A stretch of DNA of 64,000 nt, taken from the NCBI GenBank assembly GCA_965637545.1, contig OZ281501.1:2604001-2668000 (forward strand), in the 5' to 3' direction. The stretch is from Phallusia mammillata. Taxonomy: Eukaryota. This document shows positions 60,187 to 64,000 of this stretch, in pieces. The stretch's first letter is position 1, and the number at the start of each line of letters is the position of its first letter. The notes beneath the pieces were generated by a model that made no database searches, was not told the origin of the DNA, and was given only the letters and a program-made list of their open reading frames with translations. The translations under genes were made by a program, and so were the position numbers.

Positions 60187-63100
60187 ATGTCAAGCATTGA
60201 GAATGTCAAGTATCGATGGATTGTATTGGTTGTGGCTTGTGTGGTCAACGCCTTAACTTGGGGTATGACTTATTCAGTCGGTATTTTGTATTCTGACTGG
60301 GTTCGTTACTTCGATTCGTCGCCAGCTTCCATTTCGTTTGTGGGTGGCCTGCCTACGGCTATGGGCTGTTTGGCAGGTAAATACAGTTAAAATTGTTTCC
60401 TTTGACTGCTTACAAACGTTGTAACACCAACTACACCATAATGCCAGTTATGCAATTTTAAAACCTGCTTACTATATACATTTATTTGCAATATTTATCA
60501 TGTTATAATTACTTTCGCTCAAGTCACAGCATTCAAGCAATGGTTTACGCTTATAAGCATCTAACTTTACACAGATGTAACCCAGAGCCCATAGGACTTA
60601 ATTAAATGACCAAATAACCCATTGGTCAGAGTTAGAAAGAAAGAAATTTTACTAAACCAGTGAAGTCAAGAGATAAAAACCTTGAAACCGAAGTTCAATG
60701 TAACAATGCATTATGAAAACGTTACAACAGTAGGCTAAGTGTAGAATATATAAGCTATTGCTGCCAGGCATAATATCAAATTTATAGAGCTCTTCTGGAA
60801 ACGTAAACAAGAGCTCTATAAATTTAATAAGTGTTGAATTTTTAACAAAACAAAAGAATCGTCTCTTCAATGACGTCATAGTGCCAATAGAGTTTGAATC
60901 TAAAAGAATAACGAATGCGCTTCCTTAACAAGGACATTTATTATCTCTTATAGTGTATTATATAACGTAGAATGTTCAATATGAATATGTATAACCACCA
61001 AACAATTAAAAATCTGATTTACATGCGAATATATTACAAAACGGCGTCTATAATTGTCAAATGTACTAAACTTCACTTTACAATTTAATTCCAGGTCCCA
61101 TCTACGGGTATATGGTAGGCAAGCTTGATCTCAGGCTCAGTGGATTCTTGGGTGGCCTTCTTGCCCTAATCGGTATGCTTGTGACGTCACTCGTGTCGTC
61201 AGTCAATCACTTGCTGATTGCGTTTGGAATCGTCACAGGTAAACATGTAAATACAAGCTTGAAGCAATTTATTGTAAGCTACTGTGCAATATTTTTCAAA
61301 TACATTCGTCATTTAAACCAGGGTTTGGCAACCTTTTTTGCACTGCGGACCGTTTTTGAAATTTAAATCTTATCGCTTAAAAAAACCGGCCTTAAAAAAC
61401 TACAAATATTTAGGAATGAAAACGCTTAAATCAGTTTATTATCCCCAGTGTGCATGGGCAAAATGTTTAAAAGTATTTTACCTGAAAAAGTATACAGCCC
61501 GGTAACGAACTTCTCGCGGACCGGCACCGGGCCATTTAGACTTTGTTACATCGATTTGTTTAAATGTCTGGGGTTCATATTTGTGTTTTTTTGCTCCCAT
61601 TGGTGCCATATGGTTTTATTGAAATAACTGATTATGGCAAAAACGTTACATTGATCGAAATGTAAACAGCCCTAAGGTGTACAGCACTTATTTAGACAAA
61701 TCGGTTAAAACTAACAAATGTTAATTTCTGAAAAAGGTTGCCCCAAAACCCAAATTTTAGTTTGATTGTTTTGTGTTAAATGTCAGCAATCTGATTTTAC
61801 TGGCTAAAATGAATAAATTTGCGCAGACCGAACTTAATGTTTGGCTGACTGCACACAATGAATATTGTTTATGTTAGTCGGTGTGGCGCAAACGCTTCCG
61901 TTATGTATGACTGTTGGGTTACGACTGTTCCGGGGAAGTCAGAATTTCGTTTCCAAAACAACATGGACTTAGTGTTTGGCTCAACTGATACTGTTACCAT
62001 TTTTATGTAACACTTTTCGGACAGTTATCAAATCGAAACAACAAGTTTAACACAACTTTCTTGGTGATATAATCTTGGGAAAAAACTGGAATACCACACA
62101 TTTGCCAACGAGCCCGAAATCTTGATTTAAACATGGCCCGAACCCGAATTTTACAAAAGATGTTTTTGTAAAAAGGTTTGATTCGCTAACTCTAGTACAG
62201 ATGTAACCCAGCTTTGTCAGGACTGTTTTCTAAAAGCTTATTAGAACTCGAAAAGCTTGTTCTTTTGATGTATAGAATTTAGCTTAAGAAAAGAGAACAG
62301 TTGACTATTTTTAAGAAGAAAAAAACTTTTTCAGGTTTTGGAGTTGGTTTGGCGAATTTTGCAGCAAGCGGAGGAATAAATGAATTCTTTCTTTACGATC
62401 GAGCATTCGCGGAAGGTATAGTCGGAGGAGGTGTAAGCGCTGGCATGTTTCTATTTTCATCTATTTTTCAAATACTTCGCAACGAATACACGTGGAGGGT
62501 AAGCATGCTGTTTTTTTATTAATTTTTATTCACGTTTTAAATTTGTTTTGGTGGAAGATTCATTTTCAAGCTATATATTTTGTCATATATTTCTACTTCA
62601 AAGGTCTATCTATAGCAAACGTTTTAATTGCTTGATACCATAAATTACTAGACAAGCACACATTGATTCAAATAAAACTAGAATGTTTTAATGTCATAAT
62701 TTTAATTGTATGACGTAACAATAGCCTAAACTTTAACATATTAAGACGTCATACGTTCCCTGTTGCATAAGACGCTTGGAGTTTGGCAAGAACGGTACAA
62801 TTTCAAAGAATGACCTTTTATTGTTGTTTTTTGATAATTTAGCAAATCTCTCCAAACCAATTTAAATAGAGTTCATTTAAACAAGAAAACAATGATTCCA
62901 AATAGTAGAATTATGTGTTTTTTCATCCAAAACTGACAAACGGAAATCTTTGGTTTAAGCCATGTTGTCAATGTTTTTGGATCCAGCAAAAGAAAATATT
63001 GGTTTTAAAGAAAGCATAAATATTGTATTTTTATCCATTGCAGGGTTCTGTTCTAATTTCTGGAGCGATTTGCGCCAACATCTGTCTCTGCAGTTTATTC

Positions 63101-63363
63101 TTTATTCGCTCCAAAGATATTTCTCATCATCCACTAAATCCATGGCGCCAACATGAAACAACATCAAAAAAACAATTAAAAGAAAATAAACATACTGCTG
63201 ACATAATCACTGAGGCCAATTCTAACGTGGTCGCTCTCCCTGGATTTTTCCACCGCTCATGGGATTTATGGCGATGTCCGCTTTTTCTTTTGATTCTTGT
63301 TGTGGATTTTTTGTCGTGGATCGCCACGTTTGTACCTTACGTCCATTTGATTGAACGAGCTCG
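60187..63363 (+). CDS. SLC16 monocarboxylate transporter (MFS), 5' part only; continues beyond the window
   Basis: Exons 60187-60376, 61095-61238, 62335-62498, 63044-63363 (phase-compatible). YRWIVLVVACVVNALTWG..YSVGILY (MCT TM1), FFLYDRAFAEGIVGGG, EYTWRGSVLISGAICANICLC. Confidence 0.88.
61318..61535. mobile_element. Truncated hAT/Charlie-like MITE (SLC16 intron 2)
   Basis: Left end CAGGGTTTGGCAACC and GCGGACCG motifs like those in the 51544 and 57939 elements; right TIR not found. Confidence 0.45.
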
Positions 63364-64000
63364 GTAAGTGATTACGTTTTGATGACGTACACAAATAACA
63401 GTCTCTACGATTGCGTACAGCACAGTTTAAGTGGACCTAAATCAGTATAGTACATGCCCCAAAACCGACCAATAGGCAAGTTGTTTTAAACCAAATGTGA
63501 TCCGGAGCGCTGATAAAATTGTGACATAAAGGAAACCGAGTGTATTAAGTCATGCCCGAATCAAGGCCATTTTATTAAAACCGACCCAAACCGGAAAGCC
63601 TGACTCGACTTTAGTGACATTGTTATAATGTTTTGCTCAATTTATTGAATTAAACGATTTAACCTTCACTTGGACAAAAAACAACAACATACATTTGGAC
63701 AATTTTTTTTCGGGTAAACACGTCTTACGCCCCGGTCGTTGAATTCTAAAAATAGTTTATCAGTTTTTCACAATTTTTCTCAATAAATCTACACTTAGAC
63801 GCTGACATGGGGTCCGAAACCATGTACACCTGCGCCAATTGATCCGTTATATGTAAATAGATATAGTTACATTACAGTTTCAGAAGTGCCACGTAAGGGT
63901 TCAAAGTCACTCATGGTAAAATCACGTATTCAATATTAAGTGAAAATTTCTCCTTTGGCATTACGCCATAAGCAAACTTAATAAAAAGCCACAAAAATCA

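Noticed and set aside
1-64000. CRISPR arrays, rRNA, snRNA, functional tRNA genes, intact transposase/RT ORFs, and the many other short ORFs in the track
   Set aside because: None seen. The tRNA-like sequences lack acceptor stems, and the remaining ORFs are low-complexity intronic frames or antisense shadows of real exons.

Overview
AT-rich, intron-containing eukaryotic DNA. A tunicate/ascidian origin is inferred from base composition, intron sizes and chordate-like proteins. No prokaryotic features and no CRISPR array are present. Gene order reconstructed by hand from splice sites and reading phase: RECK (+, 558-39563, 22 exons, 999 aa, with a 16.3-kb intron 4); a myristoylation-type STMND1/CCDC198-like gene (+); prohibitin PHB1 (-); an intronless UBE2D/Ubc4-like E2 (+); intronless POLR1C (-); a COX14-like small ORF (-) whose stop codon lies 1 nt before the POLR1C ATG; UBE2G2 (+); WDR88 (-); and the 5' part of an SLC16/MCT transporter (+). 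Introns carry hAT-type MITEs with 8-bp target-site duplications (TSDs), tRNA-derived repeats and a dispersed repeat that begins with a minimal Penelope-type hammerhead ribozyme motif. The most notable observations are (1) the abutting COX14-like/POLR1C pair (TAA-A-ATG), which suggests a bicistronic or splice-resolved transcript, and (2) the hammerhead-headed repeat family in RECK introns. Speculative candidates include an alternative RECK first exon and a nested antisense micro-exon transcript. All homology calls come from recalled protein sequences and motifs, not from database searches.
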